Notes: a model not told the origin generated them from the sequence alone. Counted from the first letter of the stretch, positions 7,291-17,538 are shown. The stretch is DNA of 59,412 bases from an uncultured Anaerolineales bacterium (GCA_964444825.1 CAYUIS010000010.1:1-59412), one strand, 5' to 3'. Made by a program: numbers and translations.

Positions 7291-7318
7291 CTTGACAATT
7301 GCCAAGAGTGGCGTATAC
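7291..7318 (+). promoter_or_regulatory. promoter TTGACA-16-TATACT upstream of tRNA-Val
   Basis: Consensus -35 and a near-consensus -10. The mature tRNA 5' end lies about 46 nt downstream. Confidence 0.55.
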
Positions 7319-7363
7319 TACACTGGACAAGCAGCCGGAGTAACCGCTGCAAGTCCGGCATCA

Positions 7364-7437
7364 GGGCGCGTAGCTCAGTTGGTTAGAGCGCTACACTCAC
7401 ATTGTAGAGGTCAGGGGTTCGAGTCCCTTCGCGCCCA
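7364..7437 (+). tRNA. tRNA-Val (anticodon CAC)
   Basis: Hand-folded cloverleaf: acceptor GGGCGCG/CGCGCCC, D arm GCTC..GAGC, anticodon stem CTACA/TGTAG with loop CTCACAT, T arm AGGGG-TTCGAGT-CCCTT, discriminator A. No CCA is encoded. Confidence 0.93.
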
Positions 7438-7449
7438 TTGCGTTGACGT

Positions 7450-7490
7450 CAGGCCGCGAATGCAGATTACCTATCCCTGCCCGCGGCCTG
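7450..7490 (+). terminator. hairpin after tRNA-Val
   Basis: CAGGCCGCG...CGCGGCCTG: a 9-bp perfect stem with a large 23-nt loop, followed by TTT. Confidence 0.45.
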
Positions 7491-7515
7491 TTTCATCAGC
7501 GGCGGGGGAACCTCT

Positions 7516-9282
7516 ATGGTATCGACACCGGAGAGAACAAAGAATCGCTCCCAGGTAGACTGGATGATCAGCAACCTTCGATGGTTGCTGCTGGTCAGTG
7601 TCACCCTGGTCAGTTTCACCGATGTCTTTATCAGCCACGGCGGAGACATTGACGTAGACTATTTGCTACCCCAAATCCTTCTCCTTGTCATTGCCGCACT
7701 CTACAACATTGGAGTGACGTTGCTGCTGTCCTATGGGTCCCTCAGACGAGCCATACCGGTGATGACACTCTTGATCGACACGATCCTCACCATTGGGTTT
7801 GTCAATACATCAGGTGGTCTGACAAGCCCCCTGCTGTTCTTTGCCCTGTTTCCCATTCTGACGGCAGCGCTGCGCTTTCACTGGCTCGTCAGCCTTCTGG
7901 TCGCTCTGGTCATCGTGGTGGTTTCTGGTGCGTTCACCCTGATCACGGCATCGTCAGGGACACCGCTTCTGACTCTGTTACCATCTATGGCCCACGTCGT
8001 GGTCCTCCTGCTCGCAACCTTGATAAGTGGCCTGGTGGGGGACCGGGTGAAAAAGACAATCGCCCAGCAGCATCGGCTCGAAGAGGAAACCGAACTGCGG
8101 AAACTGCGCACCACCAAAGAACACTCACGAGCGATCTTCGAGTTGGCGAGTACGCTCAGCGCGACGCTCAACTACAGCAAAGTGCTCGAGACAGTTTTGG
8201 AAGTTGGCGAGGCTGGAATACGTGAATTGGGACAGCCAAGCTCAACCCTTGCCAGCCTAGTAATGCTCTTCGGCCAGAATGATCTGCATATTGTGACATC
8301 CCGTCATCTGACGTATCGTGACAAGGCTACTACGTTCAAGGGCAAAAAGGGCATTATCGGGCAGTCCCTGACATCGGCAGAGGCCGTGGTCACAGACGAT
8401 CCCGGGGCTGACGCTGAACTGGGCCAGCTTATTGCGATGCACAGTTGCAAGCAAGCAATCGCAGTGCCGCTGCGGGCTGGGTTTGAAAACTATGGTGTCG
8501 TAGCCTTTGGCAGTGCCCAGCCCAACACCTACACAGACGAACGACAACAACTCCTCGTCGCCGTCTGCAACCAGGCTATCGTCGCGCTCCAGAACGCCCA
8601 GCTCTATCAGAGCCTGATAGAGGAGAAGGAACGTATCGTACTGGTGGAGGAGCAGGAACGCAAGAAACTGTCCCGGGATCTGCACGACGGGCCTACTCAA
8701 AGCATCGCCGCTATCGCGATGCGCGTGAACTATGTCCGGATGTTGCTGGATAGGGAACAGGATGTGAATCAGGCAAACGAGGAGTTGTCCAAGATCGAAG
8801 ACTTGGCCCGTCGTACGACGAAAGAAATCCGCCACATGCTCTTCACCCTACGACCGCTCATCCTCGAATCACAAGGGCTTCGAGCTGCCCTGCATCAATA
8901 CATCGAGAAACTGGCCGAGACCGATTCCATGCACTATCACCTGGAGGCAGTACAGGAGGTAGACAAGCGCTTGGAACGGAATGCCCAGGGTGTGATCTTT
9001 TATATCGTCGAGGAAGCGATCGGCAACGCCCGCAAGCATGCCAAGGCCAACAACCTGTGGATACGCCTCCAGGTCGAGAATGGTACGTTCATCGCCGAGG
9101 TAGAAGATGACGGCGAGGGATTCGATGTAGAATCGATCCAGGTGCGCTACGACGAACGTGGCAGTCTAGGCATGGTCAACATGTACGAGCGTGCCGAGTT
9201 GGTCAACGGCACACTGTCCATAAACTCGGCTCTGGGCAAGGGAACACGGATTACGCTGACCGCACCTTTGCCGAAAAGTTAG
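7516..9282 (+). CDS. sensor histidine kinase (multi-TM, GAF, HisKA_3, HATPase; NarL-partner type)
   Basis: Hydrophobic N-terminal third, then a GAF-like middle region. H-box LSRDLHDGPTQSIAAI and ATPase motifs (NARKHAKA, VEDDGEGF, GSLGMVNMYERA). No response regulator is adjacent. Confidence 0.9.
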   Translation: MVSTPERTKNRSQVDWMISNLRWLLLVSVTLVSFTDVFISHGGDIDVDYLLPQILLLVIAALYNIGVTLLLSYGSLRRAIPVMTLLIDTILTIGFVNTSGGLTSPLLFFALFPILTAALRFHWLVSLLVALVIVVVSGAFTLITASSGTPLLTLLPSMAHVVVLLLATLISGLVGDRVKKTIAQQHRLEEETELRKLRTTKEHSRAIFELASTLSATLNYSKVLETVLEVGEAGIRELGQPSSTLASLVMLFGQNDLHIVTSRHLTYRDKATTFKGKKGIIGQSLTSAEAVVTDDPGADAELGQLIAMHSCKQAIAVPLRAGFENYGVVAFGSAQPNTYTDERQQLLVAVCNQAIVALQNAQLYQSLIEEKERIVLVEEQERKKLSRDLHDGPTQSIAAIAMRVNYVRMLLDREQDVNQANEELSKIEDLARRTTKEIRHMLFTLRPLILESQGLRAALHQYIEKLAETDSMHYHLEAVQEVDKRLERNAQGVIFYIVEEAIGNARKHAKANNLWIRLQVENGTFIAEVEDDGEGFDVESIQVRYDERGSLGMVNMYERAELVNGTLSINSALGKGTRITLTAPLPKS

Positions 9283-9285
9283 ACC

Positions 9286-10161
9286 GTGCCTGAGTTGGGG
9301 ATCGTGTGGAGAGAAGGCTGGTCGTGGCTGGGCGGGTCGTTGCTCACCGCGGCGATTTCGGCAAATCTGATCTGGTTCTTCCACAGGTCTCGATCTGAGA
9401 CGATTGCCAGCCTCGCCGATCGAGTAGGGTTGTCACCATTCTCCCCTTGGCTGTTCCAGATTCTCCGTCTGCTATACTACCTTGGCGTACCGTTCGCGGC
9501 ACTGGTATGGGGTCACGACGCGATTGTCGAACGGATTCTGGGGCTGAAGCGACTTTACCTACCCATGCCAGAGTCGAACGTCCTCGGCACGGACATCGCC
9601 GCTAACTGGCTCAACTGGGCACAGGACATCGGCTGGGGGGCGGCGATTGGTGTCGGCTCGTGGGTGCTTCTGGCTCTAGGATGGTGGGCTTATCGACGGG
9701 TGCTAGATACCGCCGGAGAGCAGAGCACGATTGCCGGAGAACCTGGTTCCAGTTGGTTGCTTCTGCGCGACGCAACTTACCACGAAGTCCATTGGGCCTT
9801 TTACCGGAACGCTCCAGTGCTCGCGGTGGGAACGTATTGGGGCGCGTGGATTGGCCTGGCACTGGTGATGATCGAGGCTTCACTCAACCCAGCCTGGCGC
9901 AGAGCGCTAGCCGACCCTCAGCAAGCGCCAGGCCAGTTGATGCGTGGAGCATTGGGGATCGTGAGTACGGTTCTCTTCCTCTTGACTCAAAACCTATGGT
10001 TGGCGCTGATTGTCCACTGGGGCGTGTCCTGGGGCTTGCACGGGCTCGGATGCTTACTTCCGCTATCAAACCACCAGCCGCATCGAGATGGACTCTGGCT
10101 TGGCCCAGGCGCGCGCCATCCCGGTTCGGACAAGACATCCACAACCCAGTCGTCCGCGTGA
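9286..10161 (+). CDS. polytopic membrane protein, possibly a degenerate CPBP/Abi-like intramembrane protease fold
   Basis: GTG start 3 nt after the kinase stop. Multiple TM helices. YHEVHWAFYR and LIVHWGVSWG loosely resemble CPBP motifs 1 and 3. The assignment is weak. Confidence 0.65.
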   Translation: MPELGIVWREGWSWLGGSLLTAAISANLIWFFHRSRSETIASLADRVGLSPFSPWLFQILRLLYYLGVPFAALVWGHDAIVERILGLKRLYLPMPESNVLGTDIAANWLNWAQDIGWGAAIGVGSWVLLALGWWAYRRVLDTAGEQSTIAGEPGSSWLLLRDATYHEVHWAFYRNAPVLAVGTYWGAWIGLALVMIEASLNPAWRRALADPQQAPGQLMRGALGIVSTVLFLLTQNLWLALIVHWGVSWGLHGLGCLLPLSNHQPHRDGLWLGPGARHPGSDKTSTTQSSA

Positions 10162-10238
10162 TCAACGCGGACGACCATGTTCTAGCTCCGACAGCAGGGA
10201 ACGACTGCCAAGCCTGCCCTCCTGTCTACACGTGCAGC

Positions 10239-10487
10239 TCAGGTCAACAACAACGCCAGGATAACCAGCGCCACCAACATCGCCACGGCGATGACGCCGA
10301 TGCGCTTCAGATCAGCGATCACGTAGCGATATTCCTCTTCCAGATCGGCCGCTGGTAGCGCGGCCTGCCTTGCTACGGCGACAGGGGCCTCCCCTGCCGC
10401 TTCTCCTGCTTCAGGGAGCATCATCTGGGCAGGCGAAAGCCGTATTGGCTGCCTCTTCCCCTTCACACGACGAGTTTTCTTTGCCAT
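10239..10487 (-). CDS. small tail-anchored membrane protein
   Basis: 82 aa: basic N-terminus, EEEYRYVIADLKRIG, then one C-terminal TM helix. GAGGAG lies 9 nt upstream. It is the last gene of the methyltransferase-sortase operon. Confidence 0.6.
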   Translation of the reverse strand: MAKKTRRVKGKRQPIRLSPAQMMLPEAGEAAGEAPVAVARQAALPAADLEEEYRYVIADLKRIGVIAVAMLVALVILALLLT

Positions 10488-10503
10488 TGTCTCATTCTCC
10501 TCT

Positions 10504-11484
10504 TTACGGTTCTAGTTCAGCGGTGACGACGACGCGGTGGGTGTCGATCCCGTATGGATAGCAGGAAATAAGCGTCAGCACGGGACTTGACGTGGGGTAC
10601 ATCACACTCACATCTGTCGGCTCAATAATGCGTTTCTGAGTAATGACGTAACGATAGACCTGGGTAGCGGTGTGGACAAGTACCTGGTCACCCAGGTCAA
10701 GGTCCGGCAAGCGGCGAAAGATCTCACCAAAGATGTCGTTGTGAGCCGAGATGATGCAGTTGTTGCCCTCACCCGGGTTCGCGCTACCAATGTGATGCCC
10801 GGCCCCACGTTTGAGCGACTCCCAATCGTCGCCCTCGACCACCGGAGCGTCCACGCCGATAACGGGAATCTGGATCCGGACACCTTGTTCTGGTCCTGGT
10901 GTGGGCATAGGAAGCGGCGTGATCGCCTCCACCAAGTCACGCAGATGGGCCGGGATCTCTTCAGGCACAGGCCCTCCAGGTGAATCTGGTGGTGTATGGC
11001 CTGACGGTAGTACAAGCACCTGAATGAGCGGAGTGGGAGTGGGAACGGGCAAGGTGGGCAATTGGGCCTGTTGGGCCTGGCTGGCTCCCTGGTTGATTTG
11101 ACGCAGAGTTGTCTGCAAGCTAAACAACATCACGATCAGCGCCACCGCCAAACTCACCTCGATCACCAACAGGCTCTTGTCACGCAGCCAGTCCCAACGA
11201 ATGCCAGGCCGATGCCGCTCGATGTCCTCACCCACATCCGACCCATCTACCGCCCGGGGCCGATACCGTGCTGTAGCGCCCACGTCCCGGAACCTCCGGT
11301 AGTCTGTTGGCAGAGGCGGAGATTGAGGCTCAGAAACGATTGGAGCCAATGGATCAAGGCTGCCGACATCACCGTCCTTGCCCAACTGACGGAAGCGCTC
11401 CAACCGCGCCTCCCGCTTACGAACGCGCAGAACCTCCTCCAGATCCTCAATGGAGAGCTCGTCAACTGTGCGACGATCTTTCAT
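10504..11484 (-). CDS. sortase-family transpeptidase with an N-terminal membrane anchor
   Basis: C-terminal catalytic domain: ISAHNDIFGEIFRRL...QVYRYVI...VLTLISCYP (TLxTC-type Cys). I place the start at ATG 11484, directly after the upstream stop (11488-11486). The longer ORF to 11649 would overlap the upstream gene. Confidence 0.85.
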   Translation of the reverse strand: MKDRRTVDELSIEDLEEVLRVRKREARLERFRQLGKDGDVGSLDPLAPIVSEPQSPPLPTDYRRFRDVGATARYRPRAVDGSDVGEDIERHRPGIRWDWLRDKSLLVIEVSLAVALIVMLFSLQTTLRQINQGASQAQQAQLPTLPVPTPTPLIQVLVLPSGHTPPDSPGGPVPEEIPAHLRDLVEAITPLPMPTPGPEQGVRIQIPVIGVDAPVVEGDDWESLKRGAGHHIGSANPGEGNNCIISAHNDIFGEIFRRLPDLDLGDQVLVHTATQVYRYVITQKRIIEPTDVSVMYPTSSPVLTLISCYPYGIDTHRVVVTAELEP

Positions 11485-11485
11485 C

Positions 11486-12298
11486 TCAGCCAACAGACTC
11501 CACGGTCGCCACCGCAAACACCTCACGCTCAAAGAACCAGCGGAAGGGCGGCCAACCAAACAGAATACGACGGACGGCTCGGAACACCCATCCTTCCTGT
11601 CTGTTCTGGGGAGGCGTATCGAGCCAAACGCGGGCCCGGAATCCTGCACGGAGCAGTACCCGCCGCAGGCTGGTCACGCTCTGTTCATTCACGTGGACAT
11701 CAAGATTGTCCGGGATAATCGCACGCGGATCACCTGGGTATTTGTTTCCCTCTCCCATCAGCGTGCGCACGAGTCGCACCAAAGGATATGCGTAACGATC
11801 ATACCAAACATTGGGGGCTGTGTGGATTATGAGTCGGCCATCCGGCCTTAGCACACGTCGCGCCTCAGCTAACGCCTGATCCAACTCCCATGGGTAAAGA
11901 TGCTCGACCAGGTCGAACATCAGCACACGATCGAAAAAGGCGTCCCGAAAGGGCAACCATTTGGCATCAGCCTGGGATACGCTGCCGGCATCCTGCGCCA
12001 TGTGCAACGCCACCGGCGCATAGTCCACACCACAGGCCTGTATCCCCAATCGCTTGCAGTGCCGTAGAATCTCACCTCGGCCGCAGCCGACGTCAAGCAA
12101 CCGCATACCCGATACAACCTGAGCAGCGTCAAATGCCTGACTCAACCGGCGTGATAGATGCGCCCCCTCACTGGCGATGAACTCTGAGTAACCCTCACAC
12201 GCCCCCAAGAAATACGCTTTGTCATATCGTTCAGGGCAAACCGGCTGAGCCCGCTCGACTATTTCCTTTGCGCCCGATGCGACTTTGTCTCGAGTCAT
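11486..12298 (-). CDS. class I SAM-dependent methyltransferase
   Basis: Motif I LLDVGCGRGEI, then DAFFDRVLMFDLVEHL and RVLRPDGRLII. Confidence 0.85.
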   Translation of the reverse strand: MTRDKVASGAKEIVERAQPVCPERYDKAYFLGACEGYSEFIASEGAHLSRRLSQAFDAAQVVSGMRLLDVGCGRGEILRHCKRLGIQACGVDYAPVALHMAQDAGSVSQADAKWLPFRDAFFDRVLMFDLVEHLYPWELDQALAEARRVLRPDGRLIIHTAPNVWYDRYAYPLVRLVRTLMGEGNKYPGDPRAIIPDNLDVHVNEQSVTSLRRVLLRAGFRARVWLDTPPQNRQEGWVFRAVRRILFGWPPFRWFFEREVFAVATVESVG

Positions 12299-12334
12299 TC
12301 GCTCATCCGTCTTTCATATTCACGGCATTATAAT

Positions 12335-14119
12335 CTAGCGCCAGGGCGCCGTCAAGCGATTCAACCCATCTGCGACTGCAGCCCGAATCAGATGAACCTC
12401 GTCAAGCTTGAACGCCACGGCCAAAAGCCCATAGATCGCCATCCCGATGCCCCCCGCTCCAACCACGACCAGCACTTCCTGCAATAAGCCGGGCGAGGTA
12501 GCAATCGACACGACGCGCATCACACCCCAGGCCACCGCTGCCATCACCAGCGAAGCTAGCGTGGCCCGCAGGATCAGGAAGGCAAGTCTGTGATCGCGAT
12601 CATCAAGCCTACCCAGCCGCCGCCGGGTCAGAACCAGCATAGCCAGCGCGTGGGCGGCCAGTTTTAGCGAGTTCACCAGGACCAAAAGCGGCAACGTCAA
12701 CACCCCCAACCACCAGGGAATGAGAGCTGATATAACATAGAAAACGGTCGTTCCGGCGCCGACCAGCGCGGGTGTCAGCGTATCCTTCCGAGCGTAGAAG
12801 GCAAAGATCAACGGTTGATCCACAGCGGCAAATAGCAATCCCAACAGCGCGCAGCGCAGCGCCTCTGCCGTCGCCACGGTGTCAGCCGGTGTGGAGGACC
12901 CGTGCTCAAATACGAGAGCCACGAGCGGATTCGCTAACACGTACAATCCCACGGTGGCCGGGATGATCAACGTGAGCACCAGGCGCAGGCCTTGCGCCAG
13001 AGTAGCACGAAAGGGACCAGACTCTTGGGCGCTGGCCTGCTGCGAGAGCGTAGGGAGAATCGCGATGGAGATGGCGGTCACCACCAAGCCTAGTGGAAAC
13101 TGGATGATCGTGGCAGCGTACTCCATCCAGGATATGGACCCCTCACCCACGCGGGAAGCAAGGTTGTAGCTTAAGAACACCGCCAGTGTATCGACCAGCA
13201 GGCCAATGAGAATGGGCAGGTACAGGCGCATGATTCGGCGCAGGGATGGATGGCCTAGATCAAGGACAAATCGCACCCGGGCATCCCGCAACCCTGGCAG
13301 TTGGAGCACAACTTGGAGAAGGGCGCCCACCAGCAACCCCAAGGCCATGCTCCGCACGCCCCAGCGCTGTCCCAGGAGAAGGGCCACGATCACTACACCG
13401 GCGTTAAAAACAGCGGCCGTAAAAGCAGGAAAGGTGAACCGCTTCAGAGCGTAAAGACAGCCCGAGAGTATGCTGGACAGACTGAGCAACACGACGGCCG
13501 GGAGGACCAGACGCAATAGATCGGTCGCCAGGCTCTGATAGGAAGGGGAGAGTCCCTCCACCATCACATGGATGATCTGAGGGGCGAGGAACTCTCCTAG
13601 CAGAACGAGCCCACACGTGACGGCAAGGGCTACACTGACAAGGATGCTGAACAGATGCCACAGCTCCGCACGCCGCTCAGGAACGGTATAATCAGACAGA
13701 ATGGGTATGAGAACTGAGTTGGTCATACCTCCAACCAGGAGGTCATACAGGGTAGTGGGGACGCGGAGGGCTGCGTTCAACGCATCCACATGAGGGCCGG
13801 CGCCGAAAAGCCCGGACTTGACCATCTCCCGCAGCACGCCCAACACACGGCTGGCGACGTTGCCTAACGATATGATCCCAGCCGCTTGTGCAACCTGCAC
13901 GCCCGCGTTCTGGGGCTCTGACGATGGCTTACCCGCTCGGTCCAACCCTTTCCTCCTCAACGACGCGTTGATTCGTTTGGCATACTCCCTCGCACGCAAC
14001 AAGATAGATTCGGGCCATTCTACCGCGATTGTACCGAGATCACAAACCTCGTATCGGGTGGAGAAACGAGGGGGTTCACCAGACCAACATGGTTGATGTG
14101 ATTCGGCTCTGGACGTCAT
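12335..14119 (-). CDS. murJ: lipid II flippase MurJ/MviN with an N-terminal extension
   Basis: SRVLGVLREMV...FGAG...DALNAALRVPTTLYDLLVGG and about 14 TM helices. The ORF is open to 14188, but the rpsO promoter occupies 14120-14148, so ATG 14119 or a later start is more likely. Confidence 0.85.
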   Translation of the reverse strand: MTSRAESHQPCWSGEPPRFSTRYEVCDLGTIAVEWPESILLRAREYAKRINASLRRKGLDRAGKPSSEPQNAGVQVAQAAGIISLGNVASRVLGVLREMVKSGLFGAGPHVDALNAALRVPTTLYDLLVGGMTNSVLIPILSDYTVPERRAELWHLFSILVSVALAVTCGLVLLGEFLAPQIIHVMVEGLSPSYQSLATDLLRLVLPAVVLLSLSSILSGCLYALKRFTFPAFTAAVFNAGVVIVALLLGQRWGVRSMALGLLVGALLQVVLQLPGLRDARVRFVLDLGHPSLRRIMRLYLPILIGLLVDTLAVFLSYNLASRVGEGSISWMEYAATIIQFPLGLVVTAISIAILPTLSQQASAQESGPFRATLAQGLRLVLTLIIPATVGLYVLANPLVALVFEHGSSTPADTVATAEALRCALLGLLFAAVDQPLIFAFYARKDTLTPALVGAGTTVFYVISALIPWWLGVLTLPLLVLVNSLKLAAHALAMLVLTRRRLGRLDDRDHRLAFLILRATLASLVMAAVAWGVMRVVSIATSPGLLQEVLVVVGAGGIGMAIYGLLAVAFKLDEVHLIRAAVADGLNRLTAPWR

Positions 14120-14148
14120 TTGCCCGCAGGGATGAATCGTGGTAGAAT
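14120..14148 (+). promoter_or_regulatory. rpsO promoter TTGCCC-17-TAGAAT
   Basis: Hexamers with a 17-nt spacer, about 65 nt upstream of the rpsO GTG. Confidence 0.5.
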
Positions 14149-14213
14149 AATGTGCGTATGAGCGGGCGGGGAGCATATCGGCCCCCACCTGTGCTTAGTT
14201 TGAGGAGGAAAGA

Positions 14214-14483
14214 GTGCCGTTAAGCAAGAACGAAAAAGAAGTGATCTTCCAAGAGTACGGTCGTGCACCTAACGATACCGGCTCTCCGGAGGTCCAGATC
14301 GCAATGCTGACTAACCGTATCAATCAACTGACTGAGCATCTTAAGGCCCATAGGCATGATGAGCATTCGCGACGTGGTCTGATCAAGATGGTCGGACAAC
14401 GGCGGCGCCATCTGACCTATCTGAACCGCAAAGCCCCTGAACGTTACCAGGAGATCATCCAGCGGTTGGGGTTGCGCAGGTAA
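14214..14483 (+). CDS. rpsO: 30S ribosomal protein S15
   Basis: 89 aa: [51 protein letters not shown] start 5 nt after GGAGG. Confidence 0.96.
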   Translation: MPLSKNEKEVIFQEYGRAPNDTGSPEVQIAMLTNRINQLTEHLKAHRHDEHSRRGLIKMVGQRRRHLTYLNRKAPERYQEIIQRLGLRR

Positions 14484-14538
14484 TCCGTTGCTAGAACCGG
14501 GCCGCAGGGCCAGCCAAACTGTTTTGAGCGATCTGAGC

Positions 14539-14571
14539 GAGTAGGTGGGCAGCAAGCTTACCCATCTACTC
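14539..14571 (+). terminator. hairpin after rpsO (partial terminator)
   Basis: GAGTAGGTGGG-11 nt-CCCATCTACTC: an 11-bp stem with one G.U, followed by GTTTGG. Confidence 0.5.
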
Positions 14572-14632
14572 GTTTGGCGTATCTGTAGATCGAATCATCT
14601 ATTTGAAAAAGGTCAGCGCAGGTCTAGGAATT

Positions 14633-14678
14633 GGAGGGTGTCCCGTAGTATATGATCGAGCACTACGGGGCACCCTCC
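14633..14678 (+). promoter_or_regulatory. long hairpin in the pnp 5' leader
   Basis: GGAGGGTGTCCCGTAGT...ACTACGGGGCACCCTCC: about 17 bp with one wobble. It lies 45 nt upstream of the pnp ATG. Confidence 0.55.
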
Positions 14679-14723
14679 AGTCCCTGACCCTCGCGACTGA
14701 CCTCACACACGGAGGTGTAAGAA

Positions 14724-16883
14724 ATGAATAATCACAAGTTTACCGCCCAGTTGGGTAACGAGGTCATCACTATCGAGACCGGGAAACTGGCCCAACAAGC
14801 AGGTGGTGCAATCACGATTCGCTGTGGCGACACGGTGCTACTCGTCGCGGCGACTATGTCACAAAACGTTCGGGAAGGAATCGACTTTTTCCCGCTCACC
14901 GTGGACTTTGAGGAGCGGCTTTACGCAGCGGGGCGCATCCCAGGGTCCTTTTTCCGTCGAGAGGGTCGTCCGACCGAATCGGCCACTCTCACCGCCCGAC
15001 TGACTGACCGCCCCATGCGCCCTCTCTTTCCCAAAGGCATGCGCAACGAGGTGCAGATCATCATCACCCCCCTCTCTCAAGATGAGGAACACCAAACTGA
15101 CATCCTCTCGATCATCGGTGCATCTGCGGCGCTCACAATCTCTGACATCCCCTTTGGTGGTCCAGTAGGAGCCATACGGGTAGGCTACATAGACGGACAG
15201 ATTGTAATCAATCCAACCATCCCCCAGATGGAACAGAGCACCCTCGACCTGCGCCTGGCCGGCACGGCGGACGCCCTTATGATGGTCGAAGCGGGGGCAA
15301 ACGAGGTCGGTGAGGATGTGATGATCAAGGCCTTCCGCCTCGGTCACGAGGCGATACAAGACGCGATTCGCGTGCAGGGCGAAATGAGGGAGGCAGTCGG
15401 CAAGCCCAAGAGGGACTATGTGCGTCGCACGACACCAGAAGAGCTACAGGAAAAAGTTCGCCAGCAGGTTGGCGAACGTATGCCAGAGGCGATTTACGGC
15501 GCTACAAACAAAACAGAGCTCTTGGGGCATCTGAAGGCCCTTTTGGATGAGGTGAATGAGAGTCTGGGTGAAGAGTGGGACGCGAACGCGATCAAAACCG
15601 CCTTCAATGACCTCGAGCAAGAGATCATCCGCCGGCGCACCATTGAGGAAGGGGTCCGCGCCGACGGCAGGGATCCGACGACAATTCGCCCTCTGTCAGC
15701 CGAAGTAGGATTGCTGCCGCGTACCCACGGCTCGGGCCTCTTTTCTCGAGGCGAAACACAGGTGCTATCCGTCGCCACGCTGGGCACCCCGCGGGAAGAG
15801 CAAATGCTGGACGACCTCTCCCCCGAGGAGACCAAGCGGTATATGCACCACTACAACTTTACGCCCTTTTCGACCGGGGAAACGAGACGGATCGGCAGTC
15901 CGAGACGCCGCGAGATTGGCCATGGCGCCCTGGCCGAGCGGGCATTGCTCCCGGTGATCCCTGACAACGGCATATTCCCCTATACTTTGCGAGTCGTCAG
16001 CGAGGTGCTCAGTTCCAACGGATCGACCTCGATGGCTAGCGTATGCGGAAGCACACTGGCGCTTATGGACGCCGGAGTGCCCATCAAGGCACCAGTGGCA
16101 GGTATCGCTATGGGCTTGATGTCGGAGAACGGGCGTTACCAGGTTTTGACCGACATTCTGGGACTGGAGGACCATATCGGCGATATGGACTTTAAGGTCG
16201 CGGGGACGCGCGAAGGCATCACCGCCCTCCAGATGGATATCAAGATCGCCGGTCTCGCCTACGAAATCCTGACCCAGGCTCTAGAGCAGGCCCGTCAAGC
16301 CCGTATGCAGATCCTTGACGTGATCGAAGCCACTATGCCAGCGCCGCGGGAAGACCTCTCCCCCTTCGCGCCCCGGATGACCGTGATCCAAGTAGATCCT
16401 GACAAGCTCGGGGCAGTCATCGGCTCGGGTGGCAAGACGGTGCGGGCACTCCAGGAAGAATGTGACGTGCGCATTGACATCGAGGACGATGGCACCATTT
16501 ACATCGCCTCAACCAGCGGTCCAGCCGCCGAGAAGGCCCAGCGCATGATCGAGGCCCTGACCGAGGAAGCCGAGTTGGGCCGCATCTACACCGGGCGCGT
16601 AGTGCGCATCACAGACTTTGGCGCATTTGTAGAGATTCTGCCCGGAACTGACGGACTGGTACACATCTCCCAGTTGGCCGACTACCGGGTCAATACGGTC
16701 AAGGATGTGGCAGAGGTCGGTGACGAGATCATGGTGATGGTGACCGGCATTGACGCTGACGGCAAGATTCGCCTCTCGCGTCGAGCTGTTCTAGAGGGCT
16801 GGACGCTGGAGCAAGCGCAGGAAGCGGATAGACCAAGCGGCGGGCGAAGCAACCGAGGCCGTCGCCCACCTCGACGAAGCTGA
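14724..16883 (+). CDS. pnp: polyribonucleotide nucleotidyltransferase (PNPase)
   Basis: 719 aa with two RNase PH domains, KH and S1 ([34 protein letters not shown]). The C-terminus is an RG-rich tail. Confidence 0.97.
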   Translation: MNNHKFTAQLGNEVITIETGKLAQQAGGAITIRCGDTVLLVAATMSQNVREGIDFFPLTVDFEERLYAAGRIPGSFFRREGRPTESATLTARLTDRPMRPLFPKGMRNEVQIIITPLSQDEEHQTDILSIIGASAALTISDIPFGGPVGAIRVGYIDGQIVINPTIPQMEQSTLDLRLAGTADALMMVEAGANEVGEDVMIKAFRLGHEAIQDAIRVQGEMREAVGKPKRDYVRRTTPEELQEKVRQQVGERMPEAIYGATNKTELLGHLKALLDEVNESLGEEWDANAIKTAFNDLEQEIIRRRTIEEGVRADGRDPTTIRPLSAEVGLLPRTHGSGLFSRGETQVLSVATLGTPREEQMLDDLSPEETKRYMHHYNFTPFSTGETRRIGSPRRREIGHGALAERALLPVIPDNGIFPYTLRVVSEVLSSNGSTSMASVCGSTLALMDAGVPIKAPVAGIAMGLMSENGRYQVLTDILGLEDHIGDMDFKVAGTREGITALQMDIKIAGLAYEILTQALEQARQARMQILDVIEATMPAPREDLSPFAPRMTVIQVDPDKLGAVIGSGGKTVRALQEECDVRIDIEDDGTIYIASTSGPAAEKAQRMIEALTEEAELGRIYTGRVVRITDFGAFVEILPGTDGLVHISQLADYRVNTVKDVAEVGDEIMVMVTGIDADGKIRLSRRAVLEGWTLEQAQEADRPSGGRSNRGRRPPRRS

Positions 16884-16897
16884 GCGGATTTGAAGAA

Positions 16898-17503
16898 ATG
16901 AGCACAGACGGGACCTTTACGGAAGACACCGTCCAAGAGTTCGAACCAGAAATCGAACAGCCTATTCTCTATCCTAGACGCCCGGTGCTGCGGTGGGTAT
17001 TGCGGGCACTGCGGGAATTGGCTGAGACGGTGATTCCCGCAGTCATCATTGCCCTGGTCATCAACTTGTACCTGGCTCAGGCCACCCAGGTGCTGGGCCA
17101 GAGTATGGAACCGAACCTCCATACGGAACAGCGGGTAGTGGTGGAAAAGGTGACGTATCGGCTCGTTCACGGCCCAAGACGCGGCGACATCGTCGTCATC
17201 GATACGCCGGACCAGACTGAGATGCTGATCAAGCGTGTCATCGGGCTGCCAGGGGAGTCCATCAGTGTACATCAGGGAACGGTCTACATCAATGGTGAAG
17301 AACTAGAAGAACCGTGGACAGTCAATCAAGGTGGATCCGACTATGGTCCCAAGACCACCCCGCCACTGCACGTTTTTGTGCTTGGGGACAACCGGGGGGC
17401 CTCAAACGATTCGCGCAGTTTTGGGCCCGTGCTGATCGAGGACATTGTGGGACGTGCGTGGTTTTCCTACTGGCCCTTTGAGTACGTTGGCATGATTGAG
17501 TAG
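16898..17503 (+). CDS. lepB: signal peptidase I
   Basis: GQSMEPNL (catalytic Ser), IKRVIGLPGE (Lys box), VLGDNRGASNDSR. Confidence 0.9.
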   Translation: MSTDGTFTEDTVQEFEPEIEQPILYPRRPVLRWVLRALRELAETVIPAVIIALVINLYLAQATQVLGQSMEPNLHTEQRVVVEKVTYRLVHGPRRGDIVVIDTPDQTEMLIKRVIGLPGESISVHQGTVYINGEELEEPWTVNQGGSDYGPKTTPPLHVFVLGDNRGASNDSRSFGPVLIEDIVGRAWFSYWPFEYVGMIE

Positions 17504-17538
17504 GACCAGAACAAACACCTCTTGCCTTTTACACGTTG

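Noticed and set aside
7364-7437. tRNA genes as integration sites for mobile elements (also tRNA-Leu at 43143-43225)
   Set aside because: No integrase, no duplicated tRNA 3' ends and no compositionally foreign block lies next to either tRNA.
11062-11851. Plus-strand ORFs of 218, 162 and 133 aa
   Set aside because: They are antisense to the sortase and methyltransferase genes, with shadow-frame composition.
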